This document shows positions 17,288 to 24,996 of a stretch of DNA of 24,996 bases, in pieces. Every line of letters starts with the position of its first letter. Position 1 is the stretch's first letter. The notes under the pieces were generated by a model. The model searched no databases, had not been told where the DNA came from, and saw only the letters and a program-made list of their open reading frames with translations. This DNA is from a virus (lineage: Duplodnaviria > Heunggongvirae > Uroviricota > Caudoviricetes): IMG/VR virus record IMGVR_UViG_3300045988_118627. The stretch is one strand, 5' to 3'. The position numbers and the translations under genes were made by a program.

Positions 17288-17490
17288 TGAAAGTGCGTGC
17301 GTATCAGTATGACACGGTGGACGCGCTTTGCTGGCGTCATTACGGGCGCACGCAGGGTGTCACGGAGCAGGTACTGAAGGCAAATCCGGGGCTTGCCGAA
17401 TACGGCCCCTTTTTACCTCACGGGCTGCAGGTGGAGCTGCCGGACATACCGACCACCACCACCGTGCAGACCGTCCAGCTATGGGACTGA
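17287..17490 (+). CDS. X: Tail protein X (P2 gpX family, LysM-like)
   Basis: 67-aa ORF MKVRAYQYDTVDALCWRHYGRTQG... in the P2 X position between L and the lysis genes. Confidence 0.8.
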   Translation: MKVRAYQYDTVDALCWRHYGRTQGVTEQVLKANPGLAEYGPFLPHGLQVELPDIPTTTTVQTVQLWD

Positions 17491-17493
17491 ATT

Positions 17494-17709
17494 ATGACGC
17501 TTGAGCGAATCAGCGCCTTTATCACGTATTGCATCGCCGTCGTGCTGGCCTGGCTGGGCGATTTGTCCATCAAGGATGCCTCAACGCTGGGCGGCCTGAT
17601 GATTGGTGTGCTGATGCTGGCTATCAACTGGTACTACAAACACAAAGCCTACCAGCTTCTGCGCGACGGGCAGATCTCGCGGGAGGACTATGAATCCATC
17701 AATCGTTAA
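17494..17709 (+). CDS. Holin (small membrane protein)
   Basis: 71-aa ORF with hydrophobic segments (ITYCIAVVLAWLG, LGGLMIGVLMLAINWYY) and a charged C-terminus, immediately upstream of and overlapping the endolysin gene. Confidence 0.7.
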   Translation: MTLERISAFITYCIAVVLAWLGDLSIKDASTLGGLMIGVLMLAINWYYKHKAYQLLRDGQISREDYESINR

Positions 17710-18202
17710 ACGCTGCCTTGTCGGGGCCGTGCTGGCTATTGCTGCCACGCTGCCGGGTTTTCAGCAGCTTCACACCTCCGTGGAGGGGCTGAAACTGATT
17801 GCCGATTACGAAGGTTGTCGTCTGCAGCCGTATCAGTGCAGCGCGGGTGTCTGGACCGACGGCATTGGTAATACATCGGGCGTCATTCCCGGCAAAACAA
17901 TCACGGAACGACAGGCAGCAGAAGGGCTGATCTCCAACGTGCTGCGTGTGGAGCGGGCACTGGAAAGGTGTGTGAAGCAACAGCCACCACAGAAGGTGTA
18001 TGACGCTACGGTGTCGTTTGCCTTCAACGTGGGGACGGGCAATGCCTGTAGTTCCACGCTGGTGAAATTGCTCAATCAGCGGCGCTGGGCGGATGCGTGC
18101 CGACAGTTGCCGCGCTGGGTTTATGTAAAAGGTGTGTTTAATCAGGGGCTGGATAACCGCCGTGCGCGGGAGATGGCCTGGTGTTTACAGGGAGCAAACT
18201 GA
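17690..18202 (+). CDS. Endolysin, lysozyme (T4-lysozyme-like glycoside hydrolase), probably SAR-type
   Basis: EGLKLIADYEGCRLQPYQCSAGVWTDGIGNT is the lysozyme E...D...T catalytic region; the N-terminal segment VGAVLAIAATLPG looks like a signal-arrest-release anchor. Confidence 0.85.
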   Translation: MNPSIVKRCLVGAVLAIAATLPGFQQLHTSVEGLKLIADYEGCRLQPYQCSAGVWTDGIGNTSGVIPGKTITERQAAEGLISNVLRVERALERCVKQQPPQKVYDATVSFAFNVGTGNACSSTLVKLLNQRRWADACRQLPRWVYVKGVFNQGLDNRRAREMAWCLQGAN

Positions 18203-18203
18203 A

Positions 18204-18581
18204 ATGAAAAAGAAATTAATCAGCGGACTGTTTCTGATGTTATGGATGGTGCTGTTAATCGCAGCAATGGTGTATCCGCAGGGGATCTTTCCGGTACTGG
18301 CAGCGTCCGGCGTTTGGGTAGCCTGTTTGCTGACATGGGCGGTAATTCCGGTAGCACTGGCTGCGTTAATTCAGAATGGCCCGCTCTGGCAGGAGTTAAG
18401 GGCATCTTTGCTGAAGACAATTACCCGAAAAGAAAATGTATTTATCTGTTGGGTGATGCGATTGCTGATTGTTGTAAGTCTCGCATGGACGGGGTGGGCT
18501 ATTACCCTGGTCTTTTATCTGCTGACCGTTATTGCCTTCTGGATCACCCGTAATCAGATGGCGCAACAGGTAGCAGCATGA
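18204..18581 (+). CDS. lysA: LysA-like lysis-associated membrane protein
   Basis: From ATG 18204 (GGAG RBS): MKKKLISGLFLMLWMVLLIAAMV... with several hydrophobic helices, between the endolysin and spanin genes. Confidence 0.6.
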   Translation: MKKKLISGLFLMLWMVLLIAAMVYPQGIFPVLAASGVWVACLLTWAVIPVALAALIQNGPLWQELRASLLKTITRKENVFICWVMRLLIVVSLAWTGWAITLVFYLLTVIAFWITRNQMAQQVAA

Positions 18582-19006
18582 ACCGGTTGCTGCTGGTTGT
18601 GCTGGCGTTATTACTGGCGGCGCTGGGCTGGAAGACGTGGCGGCTGGCTGATGCCAGCCAGACCATCAGCACGCAGGCAGATGAGCTTCGGAGCAAAAGC
18701 CAGGCACTGGCAAAGAGCAACAGCCAGCTTATCAGCCTGTCCATTCTGACTGAAACCAATAACCGGGAGCAGGCGCGGCTCTATGCCGAAGCAGAACAGA
18801 CCAGCGCACAGCTGAGACAACGACAACGCCGGATCGAGGAACTGAAACGTGAGAACGAGGATTTACGCCACTGGGCTGATACTCCTTTGCCTGCTGACAT
18901 TATCCGGCTGCGGGAACGTCCGGCACTCACCGGAGGTGCAGCTTACCGTCAGTGGTTGTCCGCGAGTGACGCCGTGTCGGCTGGAGCAGGCAGCACCGCG
19001 CACTAA
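18578..19006 (+). CDS. lysB: Inner-membrane spanin (Rz / P2 LysB-like)
   Basis: N-terminal TM helix (LLLVVLALLLAALGW) followed by a coiled-coil periplasmic region; an o-spanin ORF is embedded in another frame. Confidence 0.65.
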   Translation: MNRLLLVVLALLLAALGWKTWRLADASQTISTQADELRSKSQALAKSNSQLISLSILTETNNREQARLYAEAEQTSAQLRQRQRRIEELKRENEDLRHWADTPLPADIIRLRERPALTGGAAYRQWLSASDAVSAGAGSTAH

Positions 19007-19139
19007 CGGTGATCTGAATGCGTTGCTGGATGAAACGGAGGCCGCCTGGGCGGTCTGTGCAGACAAAGTGGACATGATTATTGCGTGTCAGGAGCGAAAC
19101 AGTGAACAAACCACAATCCCTGCGCCACGCCCTCAATAA
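18849..19139 (+). CDS. lysC: Outer-membrane lipoprotein spanin (Rz1 / P2 LysC-like), overlapping the lysB 3' end
   Basis: MRTRIYATGLILLCLLTLSGCG... has a signal peptide with lipobox LSGC and a Pro-rich C-terminus, beginning inside lysB in a different frame. Confidence 0.6.
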   Translation: MRTRIYATGLILLCLLTLSGCGNVRHSPEVQLTVSGCPRVTPCRLEQAAPRTNGDLNALLDETEAAWAVCADKVDMIIACQERNSEQTTIPAPRPQ

Positions 19140-19533
19140 AGCGGTGCCTTATGTCCGCAATAACCCGGACAAACTGCATCTGTTTGTGGATAACGGTTCG
19201 CTGGTTGCTACAGGGGCCAGCTCCATGTCATGGGAGTATCGTTACACCCTGAACGTAGTGGTTGAGGATTTCAGCGGCGACCAGAATCTGTTGATGGCCC
19301 CGGTTTTGCTGTGGCTGCGGGATAACCAGCCCGATGCCATCAATAACCCGGCGTTACGGGAAAAGTTATTCACCTTTGAGGTGGATATTCTGCGCAATGA
19401 TGTCTGTGATATCAGCCTGAACCTGCAACTGACGGAGCGTGTGCTGGTCAGCACTGACGGCAGTGTGTCGAGCGTTGAAGCGATAACGGAACCCGATGAA
19501 CCTGAAGAAATGTGGACGGTGAAACGTGGCTGA
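19102..19533 (+). CDS. R: Tail completion protein R (P2 gpR family)
   Basis: ...SLRHALNKAVPYVRNNPDKLHLFVDNGSL...YRYTLNVVVEDFSGDQNLLMAPVLLWLRDNQPD resembles P2 gpR as recalled. The start is probably GTG 19102 after AGGAG; the track start at 19081 is a TTG. Confidence 0.8.
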   Translation: MNKPQSLRHALNKAVPYVRNNPDKLHLFVDNGSLVATGASSMSWEYRYTLNVVVEDFSGDQNLLMAPVLLWLRDNQPDAINNPALREKLFTFEVDILRNDVCDISLNLQLTERVLVSTDGSVSSVEAITEPDEPEEMWTVKRG

Positions 19534-19969
19534 ATTGCAGAAAGTGGACGACTGGCTGAGTGCCTTACTGGCGAATCTGGAGCCAGCTGCAAGAAGTCGC
19601 ATGATGCGCCAACTGGCACAGGAGCTGCGCCGGACACAGCAGCAAAACATCAGGATGCAGCGCAATCCAGATGGCAGTAGTTATGAGCCGCGACGGGTAA
19701 CAGCGCGCAGTAAAAAAGGCCGCATCAAACGTCAGATGTTTGCGAAGCTGCGCACCACAAAATACCTGAAAACTGCCGCCAGCGCCGATTCTGCCAGTGT
19801 GCAGTTTGAAGATAAGGTGCAGCGCATTGCCCGTGTTCACCATTATGGACTGCGTGATCGTGTCAGTAAACGTGGGCCGATAGTTCATTATTCCAGACGA
19901 TGCTTGCTAGGTATTAATGAGCCTATTAAAAAAGAAGTTGAGAGATTTTTGATATATTGTATTTCATAA
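19526..19969 (+). CDS. S: Tail completion protein S (P2 gpS family); 3' end encoded by AT-rich island DNA
   Basis: MAELQKVDDWLSALLANLEPAARSRMMRQLAQELRRTQQQNIRMQRNPDGS...IARVHHYGLRDRV resembles P2 gpS as recalled. The last ~25 codons (...LLGINEPIKKEVERFLIYCIS) lie in AT-rich sequence. Confidence 0.78.
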   Translation: MAELQKVDDWLSALLANLEPAARSRMMRQLAQELRRTQQQNIRMQRNPDGSSYEPRRVTARSKKGRIKRQMFAKLRTTKYLKTAASADSASVQFEDKVQRIARVHHYGLRDRVSKRGPIVHYSRRCLLGINEPIKKEVERFLIYCIS

Positions 19970-19984
19970 CTTGCGTATATTGTT

Positions 19985-20011
19985 GCCCAGTGGCGATCTG
20001 GGCTTTATTTT
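19985..20011 (+). terminator. Intrinsic terminator after S
   Basis: GCCCAG-TGGCGAT-CTGGGC followed by TTTATTTT; a GC-rich hairpin inside an otherwise AT-rich island, overlapping the stop of the minus-strand KAP NTPase gene. Confidence 0.5.
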
Positions 20012-21878
20012 AATTTTCAATGCTTTGCTTTAATTTATCTATTGCGGGAGTTAAACAATCATTTATGAGCTCATCGATTTGTAATGATAATATATTTGAG
20101 TTTATTTGAGTTTTCTTTTCAATTAGCTTTCTAATTAGCTCACGGTGGAAAAAACGCTCTGCAGAAAGCTCTTTTAGATAAGGGGATTTGTTGTATCGGT
20201 TTTTTATAGCATAGCCAAAGAAATGCATCTCGGTTGAGTCTACCAGTATTTTTGTTAGTTGTTCAGCATCACCAAAATAAAGAACTGGTTTGTCGTGAAA
20301 TGAATAAATATCTTTGTTGTTGAAATTTAGATGTGCGTAATATTCATGATTTCCGGACTGTATTAATTTGAATATCTTTTGAGCGTCTTGGCTAAGTTGA
20401 TATGCAATTAACACATTTTTCTTTTGTTCTATGTAATTAACAAGCTCCTTGAATTCCCTAGTTTCTTTGCAATGAAAAGTTAATCCTCCCCATCGCTCAT
20501 CCTTAATGTCTTCATCAAAAATTTCATAACTAGTTTGTATCATTCCTTTTTCTGCTAAAATATCAACAGCAGAGTAGGCTAAGTTTGTTAAATAGTGTTC
20601 GTTGATGGGTTTTATATGTTCTCTGGATAAATGAAGTAATAATCCGTAAATATGCTTAAGAACATGCTCGTTCAATATTTCAAAATTAATAAGCGTATGA
20701 AGTGTTGAATTGTAATTTTCCTCAAATTCTGTGTATTTTAATCGATCATAATTCCAAAGTTGTGTCCATGGCTCAATTGTTTTATTAGAAACACTGACAA
20801 ATGTTATTAATTCAGATATTATTTTTTCTTGATTGATTTTCTGATTGTCAATTATATCGATCCAGGTATCCTCGTCTAAGATTAAATTTGACAAATAAGT
20901 TGTACCATATTTTTCAATTAAATTGGATGTGTATTTATTATCATCATCTATTTTATATGTTAACAAGTCAGAAACGGTTCGTTTTATTTTATTAGATTCA
21001 AAATAGAGTATAAAATGTAATTGATATAATCTGAGTGTCAAATCTGAATTTTGCTGAAACTGTGCTGGTAATATTTTGAATATTCTTTCAAAAAAAGAAA
21101 TTTGCCTTTCAATTAATCTAATGTTATTACACTCTGAAAGAGTGAGTAAGCTCTCAATATTTTTTATGTTCAGAATGGTGTTGAGTTCGCTAGTTATATT
21201 TTTTAGAAAATATTCGTAGGCGTGAGAATGTTGAGGTTGATATTTGAAAGTTATACCTATAACTTTTTCTTTTGCATCTAAATAAATACCATCATGATTT
21301 TTATTTCTAGCGGGGTTTAATATTTCTCTCTCATTGGCGATAATCAAAACCTTGCATTCTTTTTCTTCAACGAAATTATTTATATAACCAAATATAGAAT
21401 TCCAATCTAATTCGCAGCGTTCAAGATCATCAAATATCAATATGGTGTTTTCTGGTGAGTAGTAAAAGTCTTTAATACTTACGTTGGGTAGTTCTGGGGA
21501 GCCCTCTACACTTGTAACGAATGAATCACTTAAATCAATCTTAAGTGTGCCTTTAATTAGTGCCTTAGTTAGTGTGCCAGCAAGCAACATGCCTTTAGAT
21601 GAAAGGAAGGGATGCATTTGCTTGAAAATTATTTCGTCAATTTGTTCGGTGGATTTTATTCCATATAATGAGATCATTAATGGCTTAACTTCCCCTTTTA
21701 GTGATTCTTCATTCATTAATTTACGGACAAACCATGTTTTCCCGCTTCCCCATTCGCCGTCAATCATTACTGCGAAATTAGGGGATTTTTCAAGATCCAC
21801 TAAATAATTAAGATATGAGGTTAGCTCTTCATTGTAATTCATTGGATTGTAAGATCCTTCATACAATTTGAAAATCAC
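20010..21878 (-). CDS. KAP-family P-loop NTPase (candidate anti-phage/abortive-infection cargo)
   Basis: 622-aa ORF with Walker A MIDGEWGSGKTWF and Walker B ILIFDDLERC, the GxWGxGKT and hhhhDDLDR/ER motifs of KAP NTPases. It is very AT-rich, on the strand opposite the late genes. Start is GTG at 21878 or ATG at 21842. Confidence 0.8.
   Translation of the reverse strand: MIFKLYEGSYNPMNYNEELTSYLNYLVDLEKSPNFAVMIDGEWGSGKTWFVRKLMNEESLKGEVKPLMISLYGIKSTEQIDEIIFKQMHPFLSSKGMLLAGTLTKALIKGTLKIDLSDSFVTSVEGSPELPNVSIKDFYYSPENTILIFDDLERCELDWNSIFGYINNFVEEKECKVLIIANEREILNPARNKNHDGIYLDAKEKVIGITFKYQPQHSHAYEYFLKNITSELNTILNIKNIESLLTLSECNNIRLIERQISFFERIFKILPAQFQQNSDLTLRLYQLHFILYFESNKIKRTVSDLLTYKIDDDNKYTSNLIEKYGTTYLSNLILDEDTWIDIIDNQKINQEKIISELITFVSVSNKTIEPWTQLWNYDRLKYTEFEENYNSTLHTLINFEILNEHVLKHIYGLLLHLSREHIKPINEHYLTNLAYSAVDILAEKGMIQTSYEIFDEDIKDERWGGLTFHCKETREFKELVNYIEQKKNVLIAYQLSQDAQKIFKLIQSGNHEYYAHLNFNNKDIYSFHDKPVLYFGDAEQLTKILVDSTEMHFFGYAIKNRYNKSPYLKELSAERFFHRELIRKLIEKKTQINSNILSLQIDELINDCLTPAIDKLKQSIEN
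21848..21865. promoter_or_regulatory. Candidate late-promoter activator dyad TGT-N12-ACA upstream of V (pV-like)
   Basis: TGTaagatccttcatACA sits about 50 bp upstream of the V start codon, at the right edge of the AT-rich island and overlapping the 5' end of the KAP NTPase ORF. Confidence 0.35.
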
Positions 21879-21910
21879 TATTTTCTTTTGATTTCATGCA
21901 AACTGCAACC

Positions 21911-22489
21911 ATGAACGCACAACTCACAGAAATCATGCGCCTTATCACCAACCTGATCCGCACAGGTGTAGTCACCGAAGTGGACCGGGAAAACTGGCTT
22001 TGTCGGGTGAAAACGGGCGACCTTGAAACCAACTGGATTAACTGGCTGACGCTGCGCGCGGGTAATGCCCGCACATGGTGGCGACCATCGGAAGGTGAGC
22101 AGGTGGTGCTGCTGAGTCTGGGCGGCAATCTGGAAACCGCCTTTGCGCTGCCCGCTGTCTATTCGAATCAGTTCGCACCACCGTCGGCGTCGATGGACGC
22201 CTGTGTGACAGAACATCCTGACGGTGGCTGGTTTGAATACGAACCCGCTACCGGGCGCTGGTATGTCAGGGGAATCAAATCCATGGTCATTGAAGCTGCC
22301 GACAACATCACCCTGAAAACCAGTGAGTTTGTGCTGGAGGCCGACCGCACGCGTATTAACAGCGAAATGGTAATCAATGGTGGCGTTACCCAGGGCGGCG
22401 GTGCAATGAGTTCTAACGGAATTGTGGTTGATGCACATCAGCATACTGGCGTCCTGAAAGGCGGCGACACAACCGGAGGCCCGGTATGA
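21911..22489 (+). CDS. V: Baseplate assembly/spike protein V (P2 gpV family)
   Basis: From ATG 21911: MNAQLTEIMRLITNLIRTGVVTEVDRENWLCRVKTGDLETNWINWLT...SSNGIVVDAHQHTG resembles P2 gpV as recalled. The track start at 21896 is 5 codons upstream. Confidence 0.85.
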   Translation: MNAQLTEIMRLITNLIRTGVVTEVDRENWLCRVKTGDLETNWINWLTLRAGNARTWWRPSEGEQVVLLSLGGNLETAFALPAVYSNQFAPPSASMDACVTEHPDGGWFEYEPATGRWYVRGIKSMVIEAADNITLKTSEFVLEADRTRINSEMVINGGVTQGGGAMSSNGIVVDAHQHTGVLKGGDTTGGPV

Positions 22490-22845
22490 CGCTTTATAGT
22501 GGGATGAACAATACCAGCGGCAAAGCCATTACTGATATTGACCATCTGCGCCAGTCGGTGCGGGACATTCTGCTGACGCCACAGGGTAGCCGCATTGCCC
22601 GTCGTGAATATGGTTCTCTGCTGTCGGCACTGATAGACCAGCCACAAAATCCGGCATTACGCCTGCAGGTCATGTCGGCAGTGTATGTGGCGCTGAGTCG
22701 CTGGGAGCCACGGCTGACGCTGGATTCCATCACCATCAACAGCAACTTTGACGGTTCTATGGTGGTGGAGCTGACCGGGCGGCGGAATAACGGTGTGCCT
22801 GTGTCCCTTTCCGTATCAACAGGAGCAGAGAATGGCAGTGATTGA
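22486..22845 (+). CDS. W: Baseplate wedge protein W (P2 gpW / GPW-gp25 family)
   Basis: 119-aa ORF whose start overlaps the V stop, in the P2 W position between V and J. Confidence 0.82.
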   Translation: MTLYSGMNNTSGKAITDIDHLRQSVRDILLTPQGSRIARREYGSLLSALIDQPQNPALRLQVMSAVYVALSRWEPRLTLDSITINSNFDGSMVVELTGRRNNGVPVSLSVSTGAENGSD

Positions 22846-23740
22846 CCTTTCGCAGTTGCCTGCACCGCAGATTGTGGATGTGCCGGACTTTGAGACGCTG
22901 CTTGCCGAACGCAAGGCAGAATTTGTGGCGCTTCATCCGAAAGATGAGCAGGAAGCAGTGATCCGCACGCTGGAACTGGAATCTGAACCCGTCACCAAAT
23001 TGTTGCAGGAGAATGCTTACCGTGAGTTGCTTCTGCGCCAGCGCATTAACGAAGCCGCGCAGGCGGTGATGGTGGCTTACGCGATGGGCGGCGATCTTGA
23101 CCAGCTCGCTGCCAACTACAACGTGAAACGCCTGACGGTGACGCCTGCTGATAATGACGCTGTTCCGCCCGTTGCAGCTGTGATGGAAAGCGATGAAGCG
23201 TTACGCCTGCGTGTGCCTGCAGCCTTTGAAGGGCTTTCAGTTGCGGGACCAACTGCAGCTTATGAATTTCATGCCCGAAGCGCCGACGGTCGGGTGGCGG
23301 ATGCCAGTGCAACCAGTCCGGCACCTGCAGAGGTGGTGCTGACTGTCCTTAGCCGCGAAGGCGATGGAACAGCAGAAAAAGACCTGCTGGATGTGGTGGA
23401 GAAAGCCCTGAACAGTGAGAACGTCCGCCCGGTGGCTGACCGTCTGACGGTTCGCAGCGCAGAAATCATCCCGTACCGCGTGGAAGCTACCATTTTTCTC
23501 TATCCGGGGCCGGAAGCAGAGCCGGTAATGGCAGCGGCAAAAGCCAGCCTGCAGAAGTACATCGCCAGTCAGACGCGTCTTGGTCGGGATATTCGCCGTA
23601 GCGCCATCTTTGCCGCCCTGCATGTTGAGGGGGTGCAGCGTGTGGAGCTGGCTTCTCCTCTGGCGGATGTGGTCCTGAACAAAACACAGGCGGCATCATG
23701 TACGCAGTGGAGCGTAACCAACGGAGGAACGGATGAATAG
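22832..23740 (+). CDS. J: Baseplate assembly protein J (P2 gpJ family)
   Basis: From ATG 22832 (AGGAG RBS): MAVIDLSQLPAPQIVDVPDFETLLAERKAEF...; its start overlaps the W 3' end and it is followed by I. Confidence 0.85.
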   Translation: MAVIDLSQLPAPQIVDVPDFETLLAERKAEFVALHPKDEQEAVIRTLELESEPVTKLLQENAYRELLLRQRINEAAQAVMVAYAMGGDLDQLAANYNVKRLTVTPADNDAVPPVAAVMESDEALRLRVPAAFEGLSVAGPTAAYEFHARSADGRVADASATSPAPAEVVLTVLSREGDGTAEKDLLDVVEKALNSENVRPVADRLTVRSAEIIPYRVEATIFLYPGPEAEPVMAAAKASLQKYIASQTRLGRDIRRSAIFAALHVEGVQRVELASPLADVVLNKTQAASCTQWSVTNGGTDE

Positions 23741-24338
23741 TCTGCTGCCACCGGGTTCAACACCACTGGAGCGCCGACTGGCGCAAACCTGCAGCGGGAT
23801 TTCTGATCTGCAGGTGCCGCTTCGTGACTTGTGGAATCCGGCAACCTGTCCGGTCAGTTTCCTGCCTTATCTCGCCTGGGCGTTCTCTGTGGATCGCTGG
23901 GACGAGGGCTGGACAGAAAGCGTCAAGCGCCAGGTGGTGAAGGATGCTTTTTATATTCATCAGCATAAAGGGACCACCAGTGCCGTGCGGCGGGTGGTGG
24001 AGCCGTTCGGATTCCTGATCCGCATTATTGAGTGGTGGCAGACCGGAGAAACACCGGGCACGTTTCGCCTGGATATCGGCGTGCAGGACCAGGGCATCAC
24101 TGAAGATACCTATCTGGAACTTGAGCGACTGATAAGCGATGCCAAACCATGTAGCCGCCACATGATCGGCATGTCCATCAATCTGCAGACCAGCGGCCCG
24201 CATTGGGTGGGAGCCGCCAGCTATCTTGGCGAAGAAATCACGATCTATCCGTATATCAACGAAACGATTATTTCCGGTGGCACCGCGCATGAAGGCGGGG
24301 CGGTCCATGTTATTGACACAATGAGAGTGAATCCATGA
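23733..24338 (+). CDS. I: Tail/baseplate protein I (P2 gpI family)
   Basis: 201-aa ORF MNSLLPPGSTPLERRLAQTCSGISDLQVPLRDLWNPATCPVSFLPYLAWAFSVDRWDEG..., translationally coupled to J and H. Confidence 0.8.
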   Translation: MNSLLPPGSTPLERRLAQTCSGISDLQVPLRDLWNPATCPVSFLPYLAWAFSVDRWDEGWTESVKRQVVKDAFYIHQHKGTTSAVRRVVEPFGFLIRIIEWWQTGETPGTFRLDIGVQDQGITEDTYLELERLISDAKPCSRHMIGMSINLQTSGPHWVGAASYLGEEITIYPYINETIISGGTAHEGGAVHVIDTMRVNP

Positions 24339-24955
24339 GCACAAAATTTTATACCCTGCTGACGGATATTGGCGCGGCGAAACTTGCCAGCGCCGCCGCG
24401 CTCGGTGTGCCGCTAAAAATTACCCATATGGCGGTGGGCGATGGCGGTGGAGTATTGCCAACGCCGGACGCAAAGCAGACGGCACTGGTAAATGAGAAAC
24501 GCCGGGCTGCGCTGAATATGCTTTATATCGACCCGCAGAACAGCAGCCAGATTATTGCCGAACAGGTGATCCCTGAAAACGAGGGCGGTTGGTGGATACG
24601 TGAAGTGGGCTTGTTTGATGAGTCCGGGGCATTGATTGCCGTGGGCAACTGCCCGGAAAGCTATAAGCCGCAACTGGCTGAAGGTAGCGGGCGCACTCAG
24701 ACCGTGCGCATGGTGCTGATTACCAGCAGCACGGACAATATCACCCTGAAAATCGACCCTGCTGTAGTGCTGGCAACCCGCAAGTATGTGGATGACAAGG
24801 CACTGGAGCTGAAGGTGTACGCGGATGATCAGATGGCAAAACATCTTGCCGCACCGGACCCGCATTCACAGTACGCGCCAAAAGCCAGCCCGACATTTAC
24901 CGGAACCCCCAAAGCGCCAACGCCAGCGGCGGGGAATAATACCCATAAGCGCTAA
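24335..24955 (+). CDS. H: Tail fibre protein H, conserved N-terminal part; ORF ends prematurely at 206 aa (possibly truncated or split)
   Basis: MSTKFYTLLTDIGAAKLASAAALGVP...KASPTFTGTPKAPTPAAGNNTHKR* carries the conserved N-terminal tail-fibre region, but a TAA stop at 24953-24955 ends it far short of the ~600+ aa typical of P2-family H. Confidence 0.65.
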   Translation: MSTKFYTLLTDIGAAKLASAAALGVPLKITHMAVGDGGGVLPTPDAKQTALVNEKRRAALNMLYIDPQNSSQIIAEQVIPENEGGWWIREVGLFDESGALIAVGNCPESYKPQLAEGSGRTQTVRMVLITSSTDNITLKIDPAVVLATRKYVDDKALELKVYADDQMAKHLAAPDPHSQYAPKASPTFTGTPKAPTPAAGNNTHKR

Positions 24956-24996
24956 CTTAAGGGTTGTGGTATTACGCCTGATATGATTTAACGTGC

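Noticed and set aside
23237-23623. Minus-strand ORFs of 70-128 aa inside baseplate gene J
   Set aside because: Antisense shadow frames within a conserved baseplate gene; no start signals.
1-24996. tRNA or rRNA genes, or a complete attachment site, within the window
   Set aside because: No cloverleaf-like or rRNA-like sequence was recognised by eye; the integrase runs off the left edge, so attL and any tRNA integration target would lie outside the window.

Overview
This window is most of a P2/186-family temperate prophage, running from a partial integrase at the left edge to the start of the tail-fibre gene at the right edge. Gene order: int, small secreted protein, cI (186-like, 191 aa), face-to-face switch region, apl/cox, cII, fil-like, small ORFs, DksA/TraR zinc finger, dam, replication gene A; then a lower-GC cargo region (small ORF, two lipoprotein genes, a cos-like site, a two-gene HipA-like kinase/HIRAN operon); then the late genes in P2 order Q, P, O, N, M, L, X, holin, SAR endolysin, lysA, lysB/lysC, R, S, V, W, J, I and a truncated H. 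Two cargo insertions stand out as candidate anti-phage or abortive-infection modules. The first is a split HipA-like kinase whose partner fuses a HipA N-subdomain-like region to a HIRAN-like domain (9533-11184). The second is a KAP-family P-loop NTPase in a very AT-rich island that replaces the 3' end of S at the S/V operon boundary (about 19895-21895). All calls rest on reading the translations and motifs by eye and on remembered family features; no database search was run. No rRNA, tRNA or CRISPR array was seen.
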